Of a stretch of DNA of 64,000 nt, positions 9,048-18,892 are shown piece by piece (position 1 is the stretch's first letter; the number at the start of each line of letters is the position of its first letter). Position numbers and translations under genes: made by a program. Below the pieces are notes generated by a model. That model was not told the DNA's origin, searched no databases, and was given only the letters and a program-made list of their open reading frames with translations. The DNA lies in the NCBI GenBank assembly GCA_050693155.1, contig JBOGWA010000128.1, positions 10,668 to 74,667 of the forward strand, given 5' to 3'. The DNA comes from Actinomycetota bacterium. GTDB taxonomy: Bacteria > Actinomycetota > UBA4738 > CALAEC01.

Positions 9048-9908
9048 ATGAAGCCTGAGGACGTCAAGAAGGTTTCCGTGATCGGCTGCGGCATCATGGG
9101 TTCCGGGATCGTCGAGGTCTGCGCGAAAGCCGGGACCGAGGTGACGTTCGTTGAGAGAGACGACGCGAGGCGTGACCGCGGTCAGGGCTCGATCGAAAAG
9201 TCGCTCGCGAAGGCGGTCGAGCGCGAGAAGATCACGGCCGAGGAACGGGATCAGGTACTTGGACGGATCAGCGGCAGCCTCGATCTCGACGCGGCGGCTG
9301 ACGCCGATCTCGTCATCGAGGCCGTGACCGAAGATCTGGAGACCAAGCTCGACGTCTTCCGGACGCTCGACAAGATCACGCGCGACGAGATCGTCCTCGC
9401 GACCAACACGTCGTCGCTTCCCGTGATTCAGATGGCGTCCGCGACGATCCGCCCGGACAAGGTGTTGGGGATGCACTTCTTCAATCCGGCACAGATCATG
9501 GGGCTGCTCGAGCTGGTTCGTGCGCTCACGACATCGGACGAGACTCTCGAGTTCGCGACGGGGTTCGGCGAGCGCCTCGGGAAGACCACGGTCGTCGCCA
9601 AGGACCGTGCGGGGTTCATCGTGAACTACCTGCTCACGACCTATTTGAACGCCGCCGTGCGGATGTACGAGGAAGGGTTCGCCACGAAGGAGGACATCGA
9701 TACGGCGGTGAAGCTCGGACTCGGACATCCGATGGGACCGCTCGAGCTCTTGGACCTCATCGGCCTGGACACGATGGCGTCGGTCGCCGAGGTGCTCTAC
9801 GAGGAGTTCAGGGATCCCGACTTCGCCGCGTCGCCGCTGGCCCGGCGAATGGTGCAGGCCGGCTACCTGGGAAGGAAGACCGGCAAGGGCTTCTACGACT
9901 ACTCGTAG
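9048..9908 (+). CDS. hbd: 3-hydroxybutyryl-CoA dehydrogenase (3-hydroxyacyl-CoA dehydrogenase family)
   Basis: 286 aa. Rossmann motif VIGCGIMGSGI and overall similarity to Hbd/FadB NAD-binding and C-terminal domains. Confidence 0.85.
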   Translation: MKPEDVKKVSVIGCGIMGSGIVEVCAKAGTEVTFVERDDARRDRGQGSIEKSLAKAVEREKITAEERDQVLGRISGSLDLDAAADADLVIEAVTEDLETKLDVFRTLDKITRDEIVLATNTSSLPVIQMASATIRPDKVLGMHFFNPAQIMGLLELVRALTTSDETLEFATGFGERLGKTTVVAKDRAGFIVNYLLTTYLNAAVRMYEEGFATKEDIDTAVKLGLGHPMGPLELLDLIGLDTMASVAEVLYEEFRDPDFAASPLARRMVQAGYLGRKTGKGFYDYS

Positions 9909-9927
9909 GACGGATTCCGGCAAGGCC

Positions 9928-10773
9928 GTGCCGAAGGCGATCGATCTGCACGTCCACCTCCCGACAGAGGAATGGCTCGAGGGCGCCATCGGCCCACACC
10001 TGGAGGCGACCGAGGCGTACTTCCGGGCCCGGCCCGAGCGGAAGTCGCTCGACGAGATCGCTGAGGAGTATCGGGAGCGCGACATCCTCGGCGTCGTCCT
10101 CGATTGGGACGACGAGTCGGTCACCGGGCGGGGCTGGCTCGGAAACGAATTTCTCTCCTCGTTGGCGCAGCGGTATCCGGGCGTCCTGATGGGGTTCGGG
10201 TCGGTCGACCCGTACGCCTCCGACGCCCTCGACGAGATGGCGCGAGCCGCCGATCTCGGATTGAAGGGACTGAAGTTCCATCCGACAATGCAGGCGTTCG
10301 AGCCCGGCGACGAACGCTTCTATCCGCTCTGGGAGCGGGCCCAGGACCTCGGCCTGGCGCTCCTGTTCCACACCGGCACCTGCGGGATCGCCGCCGGCAC
10401 CCCCGGGGCCGGGGGGACGAAGATCCGCTACTCGCACCCGGGATTCCTCGATGCCGTCGGGGCCGACTTCCCCGGCGTCACGTGGATCGCCGCGCACTTC
10501 GGGTGGCCGTGGTTCCTCGAGTGCCTCGCGATCGCGCTCCACAAGGCGAACGTGTGGATCGAGCTGTCGGGCTGGGCCCCTAAATATCTGCCGCCGGAAG
10601 TCGTCCGCGAAGCGGGGAAGCGATTGAACGAGCGGACCGTATTCGGGAGCGACTATCCGTTCATCTCGCTCGACCGCTGGTTCGAGGAAGCGGCGGACCT
10701 GCCGTGGGACGAGGAAGCGAGGGCGAACATCCTTTGGAAGAACGCCGCCCGACTGCTCGGCCTCGACGGCTAG
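9928..10773 (+). CDS. Amidohydrolase-2 family metal-dependent hydrolase (TIM barrel)
   Basis: 281 aa, GTG start. Metal-binding HxH motif near the N-terminus (IDLHVHLP) plus later His/Asp residues typical of PF04909-type hydrolases. Confidence 0.7.
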   Translation: MPKAIDLHVHLPTEEWLEGAIGPHLEATEAYFRARPERKSLDEIAEEYRERDILGVVLDWDDESVTGRGWLGNEFLSSLAQRYPGVLMGFGSVDPYASDALDEMARAADLGLKGLKFHPTMQAFEPGDERFYPLWERAQDLGLALLFHTGTCGIAAGTPGAGGTKIRYSHPGFLDAVGADFPGVTWIAAHFGWPWFLECLAIALHKANVWIELSGWAPKYLPPEVVREAGKRLNERTVFGSDYPFISLDRWFEEAADLPWDEEARANILWKNAARLLGLDG

Positions 10774-10776
10774 CGG

Positions 10777-11505
10777 CTAGTCGCGAATCTCGAAGCGAAC
10801 CTCGACCCGGACCGTGATCTCCTGGGTTCCGGTCTCGATCCGCGGTGCCAGCGAGGCAAACGCTTTGGCCGTGTCGGCATTGAGGGTGGCGGGCAGTCGC
10901 AGCGCTGCTCCGCCCCCGAAGCCTGAGATCTCCCGAATGGAGAACGGAGACCCCAGCTTCACCCCTGCAGTGTCGGCCAGCTCTTCGCCTCGCCGGATCG
11001 CGTCCTCAACTGCCCGCATCCGTGCTTGCTCCCTCGCAGCTTCCTCATCGGAAACCTCGAGGGACATCCTCTCGACCCGCGCGTCGTCTCCCGCTGCGGC
11101 GACGGCGGCAGCAACGACCTCCCCGGCCTTCGTCAGATCCCCGATGGTGACGCGGAACATCTCGGTTCCCGCGAAGCCGATGATCGTCCCTCGATCGTCG
11201 AACTGTGGATTTACGTCGAGCCTGGTCGTGCGGATGTCCCGCTCCGGAACGCCGTTCGCGACGATCGCCTGAAGCATCGCTCTCGCTCCACGGCTCACGG
11301 CATCCAGGGCTTCGGTCGCCGAGGCTGCCTCCGAGACGACTCCCATCGAAACCACCAACGTGTCGGGCCTGACCTCCACGCGACCGACTCCAGTGACGAC
11401 GAGGCCGCTGGCGTCCCGCCCGGCCGCTGGTGTCTCGACGGTCGTTCGGCTGCATGCCCCCAATGCCAATGCGAGAATCAGCAACCCCGCGAGTCGTTTC
11501 GACAT
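10777..11505 (-). CDS. SIMPL/DUF541-domain lipoprotein (periplasmic 26-kDa immunogenic protein family)
   Basis: 242 aa. Lipobox LALGAC, then sequence typical of SIMPL proteins (GVGRVEVRPD...VSDEEAAREQARMRAVEDAIRRGEELA). Confidence 0.75.
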   Translation of the reverse strand: MSKRLAGLLILALALGACSRTTVETPAAGRDASGLVVTGVGRVEVRPDTLVVSMGVVSEAASATEALDAVSRGARAMLQAIVANGVPERDIRTTRLDVNPQFDDRGTIIGFAGTEMFRVTIGDLTKAGEVVAAAVAAAGDDARVERMSLEVSDEEAAREQARMRAVEDAIRRGEELADTAGVKLGSPFSIREISGFGGGAALRLPATLNADTAKAFASLAPRIETGTQEITVRVEVRFEIRD

Positions 11506-11595
11506 AGCTTGCCTCCTTGAGGGGCGTCGGAACCCTCTCTCTATCCGACGTTCGGACGTCGTGTTCGGCTTAGGTGACGAGGAATCCTGCGGGAC

Positions 11596-11616
11596 GAGGA
11601 CTTCTAGAGGACTTCT
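11596..11616. repeat. Tandem direct repeat GAGGACTTCT x2 separated by 1 nt, in the intergenic region upstream of the SIMPL gene and downstream of the PaaI thioesterase gene
   Basis: Read directly from the sequence. An adjacent inverted repeat CGTCGGA(12 nt)TCCGACG lies at 11525-11550. Confidence 0.3.
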
Positions 11617-11628
11617 GACCGGTTTGCC

Positions 11629-12078
11629 CTAGAAAGCGCCGGGGGCTTCCATGACGATGAAGGTCGCGCTCGCGCGGGCCAGAAGTCGGTCGGTCTCGTC
11701 GTAGACCTCGGCTTCCCCGTAGCCCATGCGACGGCCGAGGTGAACGGCTCGGCCGCGAGCGACGAGACGGTTTCCCTCTCCTTTGGACAGGAAGTGAACG
11801 TTCAGCTGCGCGGTTCGGTGCGAAAACCCGGGCCGGAGCTTCGAGCGGAGCGCGAGACCGATCGCGGTGTCGGCGACCGCCGAGATGATGCCCCCGTGGA
11901 CGATCCGCTGGGGATTGAAATGGCGATCCTCGTCGAGTTCCATGACGATCTCCGCCTCCCCGCCTCCGACGGACGTGAGCTCCATCCCCGACCACCGGTG
12001 AAACGGCGAGCCCTTGACGCGCTCGCGAAGCTGCTCGAGATGGCGCTCGTCCAGCTCCTCGGTCACGTCGTCGCTCAT
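11629..12078 (-). CDS. PaaI-type hotdog-fold thioesterase
   Basis: 149 aa. Contains HGGIISAVADTAIG, characteristic of the PaaI / 4HBT class II hotdog fold. Confidence 0.75.
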   Translation of the reverse strand: MSDDVTEELDERHLEQLRERVKGSPFHRWSGMELTSVGGGEAEIVMELDEDRHFNPQRIVHGGIISAVADTAIGLALRSKLRPGFSHRTAQLNVHFLSKGEGNRLVARGRAVHLGRRMGYGEAEVYDETDRLLARASATFIVMEAPGAF

Positions 12079-12105
12079 CGCGGCTCCTTGTCTCTTCCCC
12101 AGAAT

Positions 12106-13215
12106 CTACGCCGGCGCGCTGCCCAGGGCCTTCAGCGCCGTTTGGACGTCGTCCTCGTTGTTGAAGGCGTGAAAGCCCAGCCTCAGGAAACCGCCGCGCA
12201 CGGCGGCGCGCACCTGGTGCTCGTTCAGCCGCTCCTGTAGCCCCTCGGGCTCCGAAACGGTGACACCGACGATGTGGCTCGGCTCCTCCTCCGGCACGAC
12301 CCGGAATCCTTGCTCCTGCGCGCCCTCGCGGAAGGTGGCCGCCAGGTCGAGGCAGCGGGTTTCGACCTCCTGGGGATCCAGCTCACGGAGGAGATCGAGC
12401 GCAGCCCGGGCCCCCGGCCACGCGAACCACACCAGCGACACGTCAAGCTTGCGGGCGGCCTTCGGGTATTCGAGCGGCCCGCCGTAATAGTCGGCGTACG
12501 GATCTTCGGGCGTCTTCCAATTGGGGCCGAGGGGCCGCAGCTCGTCGATGCGGTCGGGCCGAACGTAGAGCCACGCGGCGCCGCGCGGTCCGAGAAGCCA
12601 CTTGTAGCCGTGCGTCGTCGCATAGTCCACGCCTGAGGTTGTCGCATCGAACCGAAGGGCGCCCAGGGACTGGCAGACATCCACGAAAACCCGAGTGCCG
12701 TGGTCTCGAGCCGCGTCGACGAGCAGGGGGAGGTCAACGCGGAAACCGTTCGATGATTGGACCAGACTGACGGCGATGAGGACGGTGTCGTCGTCGATCT
12801 CCCGAGCGAGGGTCTCCGTTGGGACGATGCCGTCGTCGTTCGCCGGCACATCGACGACGTCGAATCCTCGGTCTCGGAGCGCGATCCAGGGGAAGTAGTT
12901 GCTTCGAAACTCGTTGCCGCCGACGACGACCCGGCCCCGCGGAAGCGACATCGCGACCGTGGCAGCGGCGAAGGAGACGGACGAGACGAGCGCGATCGAT
13001 TCCGGTGAGCCGTGGATGAGCTCGGCGAAGAGCGGCCGGGTCTCGTAGGCCTCTGCCTCCCACGCCCGCCAGCTGAAGTCGCCCGTTTCCCACTCTCGCT
13101 CCACGCGCCGGAGGGCCTCGATCACCGGCCGCGCGGCGGGTGGAGCGGTCGGGGTGTTCAACCAGACATGGCGTTCGAGCGCCGGGAAGAGCGAACGGAA
13201 CTCGGCCAGGTTCAT
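12106..13215 (-). CDS. Class-V aminotransferase-fold PLP-dependent enzyme (cysteine-desulfurase-like)
   Basis: 370 aa from the ATG at complement 13213..13215. The track ORF is extended by a 136-aa Arg-rich leader. PLP lysine is in the context TTHGYKWLLGPRGAAWLYV. The ATG overlaps the stop of the upstream GT2 (ATGA). Confidence 0.75.
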   Translation of the reverse strand: MNLAEFRSLFPALERHVWLNTPTAPPAARPVIEALRRVEREWETGDFSWRAWEAEAYETRPLFAELIHGSPESIALVSSVSFAAATVAMSLPRGRVVVGGNEFRSNYFPWIALRDRGFDVVDVPANDDGIVPTETLAREIDDDTVLIAVSLVQSSNGFRVDLPLLVDAARDHGTRVFVDVCQSLGALRFDATTSGVDYATTHGYKWLLGPRGAAWLYVRPDRIDELRPLGPNWKTPEDPYADYYGGPLEYPKAARKLDVSLVWFAWPGARAALDLLRELDPQEVETRCLDLAATFREGAQEQGFRVVPEEEPSHIVGVTVSEPEGLQERLNEHQVRAAVRGGFLRLGFHAFNNEDDVQTALKALGSAPA

Positions 13216-14132
13216 GCTCGTCGTCGCCCGGCGAGCCGCCCGCTCACATAGCCGGCCATCTTCGCGACGTCGATGAGCGCCATGAGCGCCGGTACGGCCG
13301 CGACGGTGGCGGTCCGTTCGACCGGGCCGGGTAGGAGTCGCATCGCCCGGCGAATCCGCCGCGATGCGTACCAGGCGGCCGCGAGGCCGAAGGCTCCCAG
13401 CGCCGGCCGGCTCCGCACGGCGAGCGCCGCAACGAGAGCTCCGTACGCGCCGAAGCGAATCGCGTGCCGCTCCTGATACAGACCCGCGTAGCCGTCGCCC
13501 CACGCGTAGCCCGAGTACTGGCGCCAAAGGCCGGGAAGCGTTCCCCGCATTCGCCAGTACGCCACGGCTTCTGGCACGAACCGGAGATCCAGCGCGAGCT
13601 CGCGGAGCCGGTGGTTGAGCCACATGTCCTCACCGATCGGGAGCCATTCCGGATAGCCGCCGACGAGCTCGAGCGTCTCGCGACGGAAGGCGATCGAGCG
13701 CGACGAGGGCATGTAGCGGTCGGGATCGACTTCCTCAGCCTCCGGAAGGCCGATCGCGGCCGAGCAGGCCTCGAAGAACCCCCTCGCGATGGGGCGCGTG
13801 AACCCCATCGCGGCGTCGGCGCCGTCCTCCAAGGCCTTGGTGAGGGACTGGAGCCAGACGGGGGAGAGCACGCAGTCGCCGTCGGAGAGCGCGATGAGAT
13901 CGTGCGTGGCGGCGCGAATGCCGACGTTGCGCCCTCGGGAGATCCCCGCCCCGGGCTCGTCGAGCAACGTCACATCGGGCGCGGCGCGGAGCGCCTCGAG
14001 CGTCCCGTCGGAGGACCCTCCATCGACGATGACGATCTCCTCGGGCGGCCGCGTTTGCGCCCGGACGGAGGTGAGAAACTCGCCGATGTCCGCGGCGGCG
14101 TCCTTGACCGTCGTGACGAGCGAGACTTTCAA
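13212..14132 (-). CDS. Glycosyltransferase family 2
   Basis: 306 aa. GT-A fold motifs (VIVDGGSSDGT, a DGD region). Confidence 0.8.
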   Translation of the reverse strand: MKVSLVTTVKDAAADIGEFLTSVRAQTRPPEEIVIVDGGSSDGTLEALRAAPDVTLLDEPGAGISRGRNVGIRAATHDLIALSDGDCVLSPVWLQSLTKALEDGADAAMGFTRPIARGFFEACSAAIGLPEAEEVDPDRYMPSSRSIAFRRETLELVGGYPEWLPIGEDMWLNHRLRELALDLRFVPEAVAYWRMRGTLPGLWRQYSGYAWGDGYAGLYQERHAIRFGAYGALVAALAVRSRPALGAFGLAAAWYASRRIRRAMRLLPGPVERTATVAAVPALMALIDVAKMAGYVSGRLAGRRRA

Positions 14133-14144
14133 CGGACCTTGAGT

Positions 14145-15269
14145 CTAGTTGAGGACCCGTTCGTAGACCCGGAGTGTGAGACGGGCCGTTCGTTCCCACG
14201 AGAACTGTTCCGCGCGCGCACGAGCGGACGCGGACAGCACAGCGGACCGGTCCGCGTCGGTCAGCACGTGCTCGATGGCGTCGGCGATTTCCCGGACCGA
14301 CCTTGGCTCCACCATGAGCGCCGCGTCGCCTGCGACTTCGGGGAGAGACGAGGTGCTCGACACGATGGTGGGCACGCCACGAGCCATCGCCTCGAGAACC
14401 GGGAGCCCGAAGCCCTCGTACAGCGACGGATATACGAAGACCGCGGCTCGCCGGTACAGAGCGTCCAGGTCCTCCGACGCCGTCATGCCCGTGAGCACGA
14501 TCTCACCCGGGCCCTCGCTGCGGAGCTCTCGGAGCAGTCGCTCGGTCCGCCACCCGAGCGGTCCGGCCAGCACGAGGGTGTGCGGCAACCCCGCCGCCGT
14601 GACGGCACGTCGATACGCCCGGATGAGGCGTACGAGGTTCTTTCTCGGCTCGAGCGTCCCAACGAACAGCACGAAAGGATCCGGAATCTTGAGGCGCTCG
14701 AGCACCCGATCGGTGTCGCCGTTTGCCGAGCGGATCGTGGCCGCCAGGGGGACCACGTGGATTCGCTTGGGATCGGCGTGTGTGAATCGGGCAAGGTCCT
14801 TTGCGGTGTTCTCCGACACGGTGATGAGGGCGTCGGCGCGTCGGGCCGCCTGCGCCGTGCCGAATCGGTAGAGGGCACGCCACACGGGCGGGAAGAGACT
14901 GGGGTAGATGCGGGGCGCGAGGTCGTGGACCGTAACGATCAGGCGCTGGCCGAGGCCGGGGGGAGGAACGCTTGCCGGCGAGGGCGCGTGGAGCAGATCG
15001 AGTGTCGCGAGTTCGGGAGGAAGCGCAGGCCGGTTGGCCAGGAGCCAGCGGGGGTAAAGACGCCGGATCGAGCCGGGGACATGGTCGATGGGAAACGGCT
15101 GCATCCATGGTTCGGAGGACCGAGCGAGGCCGATATCGGTGTGAAAGAGCGTGACGTCGAGGCCCGAATCGACCGACGCGAGGGCGGGGACGAGCTCACG
15201 AATGTAGGTCCCGATCCCTCCGGGCGCCGAAGCGAATATCTGGTCGATATGGAACGCAACCGACGTCAC
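14145..15269 (-). CDS. Glycosyltransferase family 4 (GT-B)
   Basis: 374 aa. Contains EPRKN and PSLYEGFGLPVLEAMA (an EX7E motif region). Confidence 0.8.
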   Translation of the reverse strand: MTSVAFHIDQIFASAPGGIGTYIRELVPALASVDSGLDVTLFHTDIGLARSSEPWMQPFPIDHVPGSIRRLYPRWLLANRPALPPELATLDLLHAPSPASVPPPGLGQRLIVTVHDLAPRIYPSLFPPVWRALYRFGTAQAARRADALITVSENTAKDLARFTHADPKRIHVVPLAATIRSANGDTDRVLERLKIPDPFVLFVGTLEPRKNLVRLIRAYRRAVTAAGLPHTLVLAGPLGWRTERLLRELRSEGPGEIVLTGMTASEDLDALYRRAAVFVYPSLYEGFGLPVLEAMARGVPTIVSSTSSLPEVAGDAALMVEPRSVREIADAIEHVLTDADRSAVLSASARARAEQFSWERTARLTLRVYERVLN

Positions 15270-15382
15270 GGATGAAAGCGTAATCGGGCCTTGTGTCCCT
15301 CTGCGTCCCCTCGGGGTAGTCCCGTCCCACCTACGTCGTTTGTGGCGTCAAGGCCGGCGGTTCACGTTTCGATAGCGCTCAT

Positions 15383-15742
15383 ATGGCGCCGGCAGTGTCA
15401 CTCCGAGAGGCTCTCGATATCCTCGAGACCGGGCAGATCGGCGCAGTGCTGATCGTCATCGACCCGGCAGCGACCCGAGCCCTCCTCGCGGCCACGGCGC
15501 CAGACGCTGTGGAGCCCGGAGCGGAACCCGCGGTCGCTGGCCGGCCCCTCTACCTCACGCCGATCGAGCGCAGGGTGCTGGCCCTCGTGGCGGGAGGAAA
15601 GGCGAACAAGCAGGTGGCGTTCGAGCTCGGCATCTCTCCGCTCACGGTGAAGAACCACCTCGCCCGGATCCGGGCTCGATTCGGGGCGGCCGACAGGACT
15701 CAGGTCGTCGCCCTCGCGATACGCGCCGGACTCCTCGACTAG
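15383..15742 (+). CDS. LuxR-family helix-turn-helix transcriptional regulator (small, no receiver domain)
   Basis: 119 aa. C-terminal LuxR HTH (LTPIERRVLALVAGGKANKQVAFELGISPLTVKNHLARI). Confidence 0.75.
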   Translation: MAPAVSLREALDILETGQIGAVLIVIDPAATRALLAATAPDAVEPGAEPAVAGRPLYLTPIERRVLALVAGGKANKQVAFELGISPLTVKNHLARIRARFGAADRTQVVALAIRAGLLD

Positions 15743-15755
15743 GGATTCGACGCAG

Positions 15756-16640
15756 CTATCGAACGAGCAGCGTTCCCATGATGCGGATTGCCGCGGGCCC
15801 CAGGATCACGATCAACAGAGCGGGGAAGATTCCGAGGATGAGCGGGAACAGGATCTTCACCGGAGTCTTTGCGGCTCGTTCTCGTGCGTTCTGACGGCGC
15901 CGGCGTCGCATCTCCGCTGCCTGCGTTTTCAGAACCCGGCCCACCGCGATGCCGAGGCTGTCGGCCTGGAGGAGCGCAAGGACGAAGCTGGTCATCGCCG
16001 GCACACCGACCCGCTGCTTCAAGGACTGGAAGGCCTCTCGGCGCGACGCCCCGAGATTCATCTCGTGCAGGACGCGGCGGTATTCCTCCCCGAGCGGCCC
16101 ATCAACCTCCTGCGCAGCCCGGTCGAGCGCGCCTTCCAGGCCAACGCCCGCCTCGACCGAGATCGCCATGAGATCGAGTGTTTCGGGAAGCGCCCGCCCG
16201 ATCGCCTCGGCTCGCGTGGATCGGCGCCGCTCCAGAATGACATCGGGAAGCAGGAATCCCGCCCCGCCGACGAGGAGGCCGAACACAGGGCCCGAGATCG
16301 GGGCACGAGACGCTGTCCAGAGCATGAGGAGCGCACCGAAGACCGCGCCGGCGCCTTTCAATGCAAGGAAGCGCTCGACAGTGATGCGGCCGCCAGCACG
16401 CGCCAGGCGCTCGCGGACACGGGACGCGTAGGCCGGGGGTGTGAGCCAACGCGTTAGACCGGCGAATGCGTGGGTCGTCGATGACGTCTCCGCGGAATCG
16501 GGTGGGGAGAATCCATGCCGACCGAGGTACCGGAGCGCTTGCCGACCCGAGGCCCGGGCCCCACCCGTTCGCACGGCCCCGAGGAGCAGGAGCGGGACCG
16601 ATGCCACGAGCGCCGACAGACCGAGCGCAAGGTGGAGCAT
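15756..16640 (-). CDS. tadC: Tad pilus inner-membrane platform protein TadC (type II secretion system F family)
   Basis: 294 aa. T2SS-F domain with multiple transmembrane segments. Last gene of the co-directional tad operon. Confidence 0.8.
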   Translation of the reverse strand: MLHLALGLSALVASVPLLLLGAVRTGGARASGRQALRYLGRHGFSPPDSAETSSTTHAFAGLTRWLTPPAYASRVRERLARAGGRITVERFLALKGAGAVFGALLMLWTASRAPISGPVFGLLVGGAGFLLPDVILERRRSTRAEAIGRALPETLDLMAISVEAGVGLEGALDRAAQEVDGPLGEEYRRVLHEMNLGASRREAFQSLKQRVGVPAMTSFVLALLQADSLGIAVGRVLKTQAAEMRRRRRQNARERAAKTPVKILFPLILGIFPALLIVILGPAAIRIMGTLLVR

Positions 16641-17573
16641 CTAGGCCTCCACCTTGGTGATCCGCGTCATCCAGATCGTGCCGATGGCCATCAGGACCCC
16701 CGCCGTCACGGTCAGGATCCACCCCAGCGGGGTCGACACGAGCAAGGCCAGATACGACGGGTTGACGATCGAGAAGAAGGTTGCAACGACGAAGGGCAGA
16801 GCGATGAGGATGTAGGCTGAGATCCTTCCCTCGGCGGTCAAGGTTCGGACCTCTCGCTTGAGCTCGTGCCGGAACCGAACGAAGTCGGCCAAGGTTCGAA
16901 GCAGATCGGAGAGTGAAGCACCGAAGTCCTGCTGGATCCGGATCGCCCGAACACACCATGCGTAGTCGCGGCTGCCGGTCCTCGCCGCGGAGGCCTCGAG
17001 CGCATCGACGAGCGATTCGCCGAGCCGATTGTCGGCCATGACGCGGTCGAACTCCGTGGCGACCGGCGGCTGCCCCTCGGCGGCGAGCAACTCCATGGCC
17101 TGGGCCAGCGAGGCGCCGGCTTCCAGGGAGCCGGCCAGCAAGTCGAGCGCGTCCGGGAGCTCGTTCTCGAATCGATCGACCCAGCGGTTCGCCCGCCGCC
17201 GAAGCAGGATCCGGGCGGCAGGGGGAGCGATGGCTGTGGTAACGAGCCCGACGGCCGTGCTGCGAAACAGGAGCCCGGCAAGGACCCCGGCGAAGATCGC
17301 AACCCCAGCCGCGCCGGCGACGAACTCGCCCGGGGACAGGCGCAGCCCGACGCGGGGAAGCTCGGCTCCCAGGCGGCGCCCGAGGCTCGTGCTCGCAACG
17401 GCCTTCTCCGCCGCTCGACCGAGCAGTCCGAATCGCGTTTCGACGGCAGCTTCTGCTCGATGCCCGAGGCCCTCCGGGAGGCGCCGCCCCGACCGTCGCG
17501 AGACGAGGGCGAGCCCAACCACGGCGACTCCCGCGCCGATCAGGACCGCGCCGAGGAGCGCAAGAGACCTCAT
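16641..17573 (-). CDS. tadB: Tad pilus inner-membrane platform protein TadB (type II secretion system F family)
   Basis: T2SS-F domain. The ATG at complement 17571..17573 overlaps the cpaF stop (ATGA). The track start at 17606 would give a 37-nt overlap instead. Confidence 0.75.
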   Translation of the reverse strand: MRSLALLGAVLIGAGVAVVGLALVSRRSGRRLPEGLGHRAEAAVETRFGLLGRAAEKAVASTSLGRRLGAELPRVGLRLSPGEFVAGAAGVAIFAGVLAGLLFRSTAVGLVTTAIAPPAARILLRRRANRWVDRFENELPDALDLLAGSLEAGASLAQAMELLAAEGQPPVATEFDRVMADNRLGESLVDALEASAARTGSRDYAWCVRAIRIQQDFGASLSDLLRTLADFVRFRHELKREVRTLTAEGRISAYILIALPFVVATFFSIVNPSYLALLVSTPLGWILTVTAGVLMAIGTIWMTRITKVEA

Positions 17574-18892
17574 CGGCCCTTCCTCGAGGCGGTTCGACGT
17601 TTCCACGGGGAGGGGATCTCCACGCCGTGGATCTCGAAGCGTTCGAGCAGGCGGGGCCGAAGGCCGGTGAGCCGGAGCTTGCCGGCGCGGTAATCGAACG
17701 CGAACAGCGTCTGGAGGATGACCATCTCCCCTTCCAGTCCTTGGACCTCGCTCACTTCCACGATCCGGCGGGCGCCGGTTCTGGTTCGCTCTTGGTGGAG
17801 GATCAGGTCGATGCCGGCGGCGGTCTGTTCGCGAATGGCCCGCACGGGAAGGTCCATGCCCGCCATGAGCACCATCGTTTCCAAGCGGGAAAGCGAGTCC
17901 CGGGTCGAGTTCGCGTGGATCGTCGTGAGCGACCCCTCGTGACCGGTGTTCATGGCTTGGAGCATGTCGAGCGCCTCGCCGCCTCGGACCTCCCCGACGA
18001 CGATGCGATCGGGGCGCATGCGCAGGGCGTTTCGAACGAGATCACGGATGGTGACCTCGCCCTTGCCCTCGATGTTCGCTGGGCGAGACTCGAGGGAAAC
18101 CACGTGCGGCTGGCCGAGCTTGAGCTCGGCCGCGTCCTCAATGGTGACGATCCGCTGGGTCTCGGGGATGAAAGACGAGAGAACGCCGAGGGTCGTCGTC
18201 TTCCCGGTCCCCGTCCCGCCGGAGATCATGATGTTCTGCTTGCCTCGGACACAGGCTTCGAGGAAGAGAGCCAACTCGAGGGAAAGCGTTCCGAGGTTCA
18301 CCAGGTCCTTCGGTCCGAAGGGGTCGGGTCGGAACTTCCGGATCGTGAGAACGGGGCTCAATCGGGCGAGAGGCGGGATGATCGCGTTCACGCGCGATCC
18401 ATCGGGAAGCCGTGCGTCCACCATCGGGCTGGCCTCGTCGAGGCGACGGCCGACCCCGGCGACGATGCGATCGATGATCGCGCGGAAATGCTCCTCGTCG
18501 GTGAAGGCTGCCTCGGTGTGCTCGATCGCTCCCTCCCGCTCGATGTAGATGTCGTCGTGGGCGTTGCACATGATCTCGTTCACGGCCGGATCCGCGAGGT
18601 ACTCGTCGAGCGGCCCGTAACCGAGGATGTCGGACAGCAGCTCGCTCAGGAAGGCCTGCCGAGCACGCCGGCCGACCCGGACGTCTTCGCGCTCGAGGAC
18701 GTCGTCGAGAGCACGGGTGACCCGGCTGCGCAGCTCTTCGGGTGAGCGGCGCAGGTCGGGGCCGATCTCGTCGAGAACCAGCGTTCGCACGCGCCGCTTG
18801 ATCGAGGCGAGGGCGCCCCGGTTCCGCGGACTGCTCGCGATGTTCGCGGACGCCGCTTCTGCAGCATGGTTCAGCCGGTCTGACAGCTTCAT
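17570..18892 (-). CDS. cpaF: Tad pilus assembly ATPase CpaF/TadA (type II/IV secretion NTPase)
   Basis: 440 aa. Walker A (GGTGTGKTT) and a VirB11/PilT-like core. Its ATG overlaps the cpaE stop. Confidence 0.9.
   Translation of the reverse strand: MKLSDRLNHAAEAASANIASSPRNRGALASIKRRVRTLVLDEIGPDLRRSPEELRSRVTRALDDVLEREDVRVGRRARQAFLSELLSDILGYGPLDEYLADPAVNEIMCNAHDDIYIEREGAIEHTEAAFTDEEHFRAIIDRIVAGVGRRLDEASPMVDARLPDGSRVNAIIPPLARLSPVLTIRKFRPDPFGPKDLVNLGTLSLELALFLEACVRGKQNIMISGGTGTGKTTTLGVLSSFIPETQRIVTIEDAAELKLGQPHVVSLESRPANIEGKGEVTIRDLVRNALRMRPDRIVVGEVRGGEALDMLQAMNTGHEGSLTTIHANSTRDSLSRLETMVLMAGMDLPVRAIREQTAAGIDLILHQERTRTGARRIVEVSEVQGLEGEMVILQTLFAFDYRAGKLRLTGLRPRLLERFEIHGVEIPSPWKRRTASRKGR

Noticed and set aside
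12106-13623. 505-aa call for the PLP enzyme
   Set aside because: The first 136 codons are an Arg/Pro-rich run overlapping the GT2 gene. The conserved aminotransferase fold begins at the ATG at 13215, which overlaps the GT2 stop.
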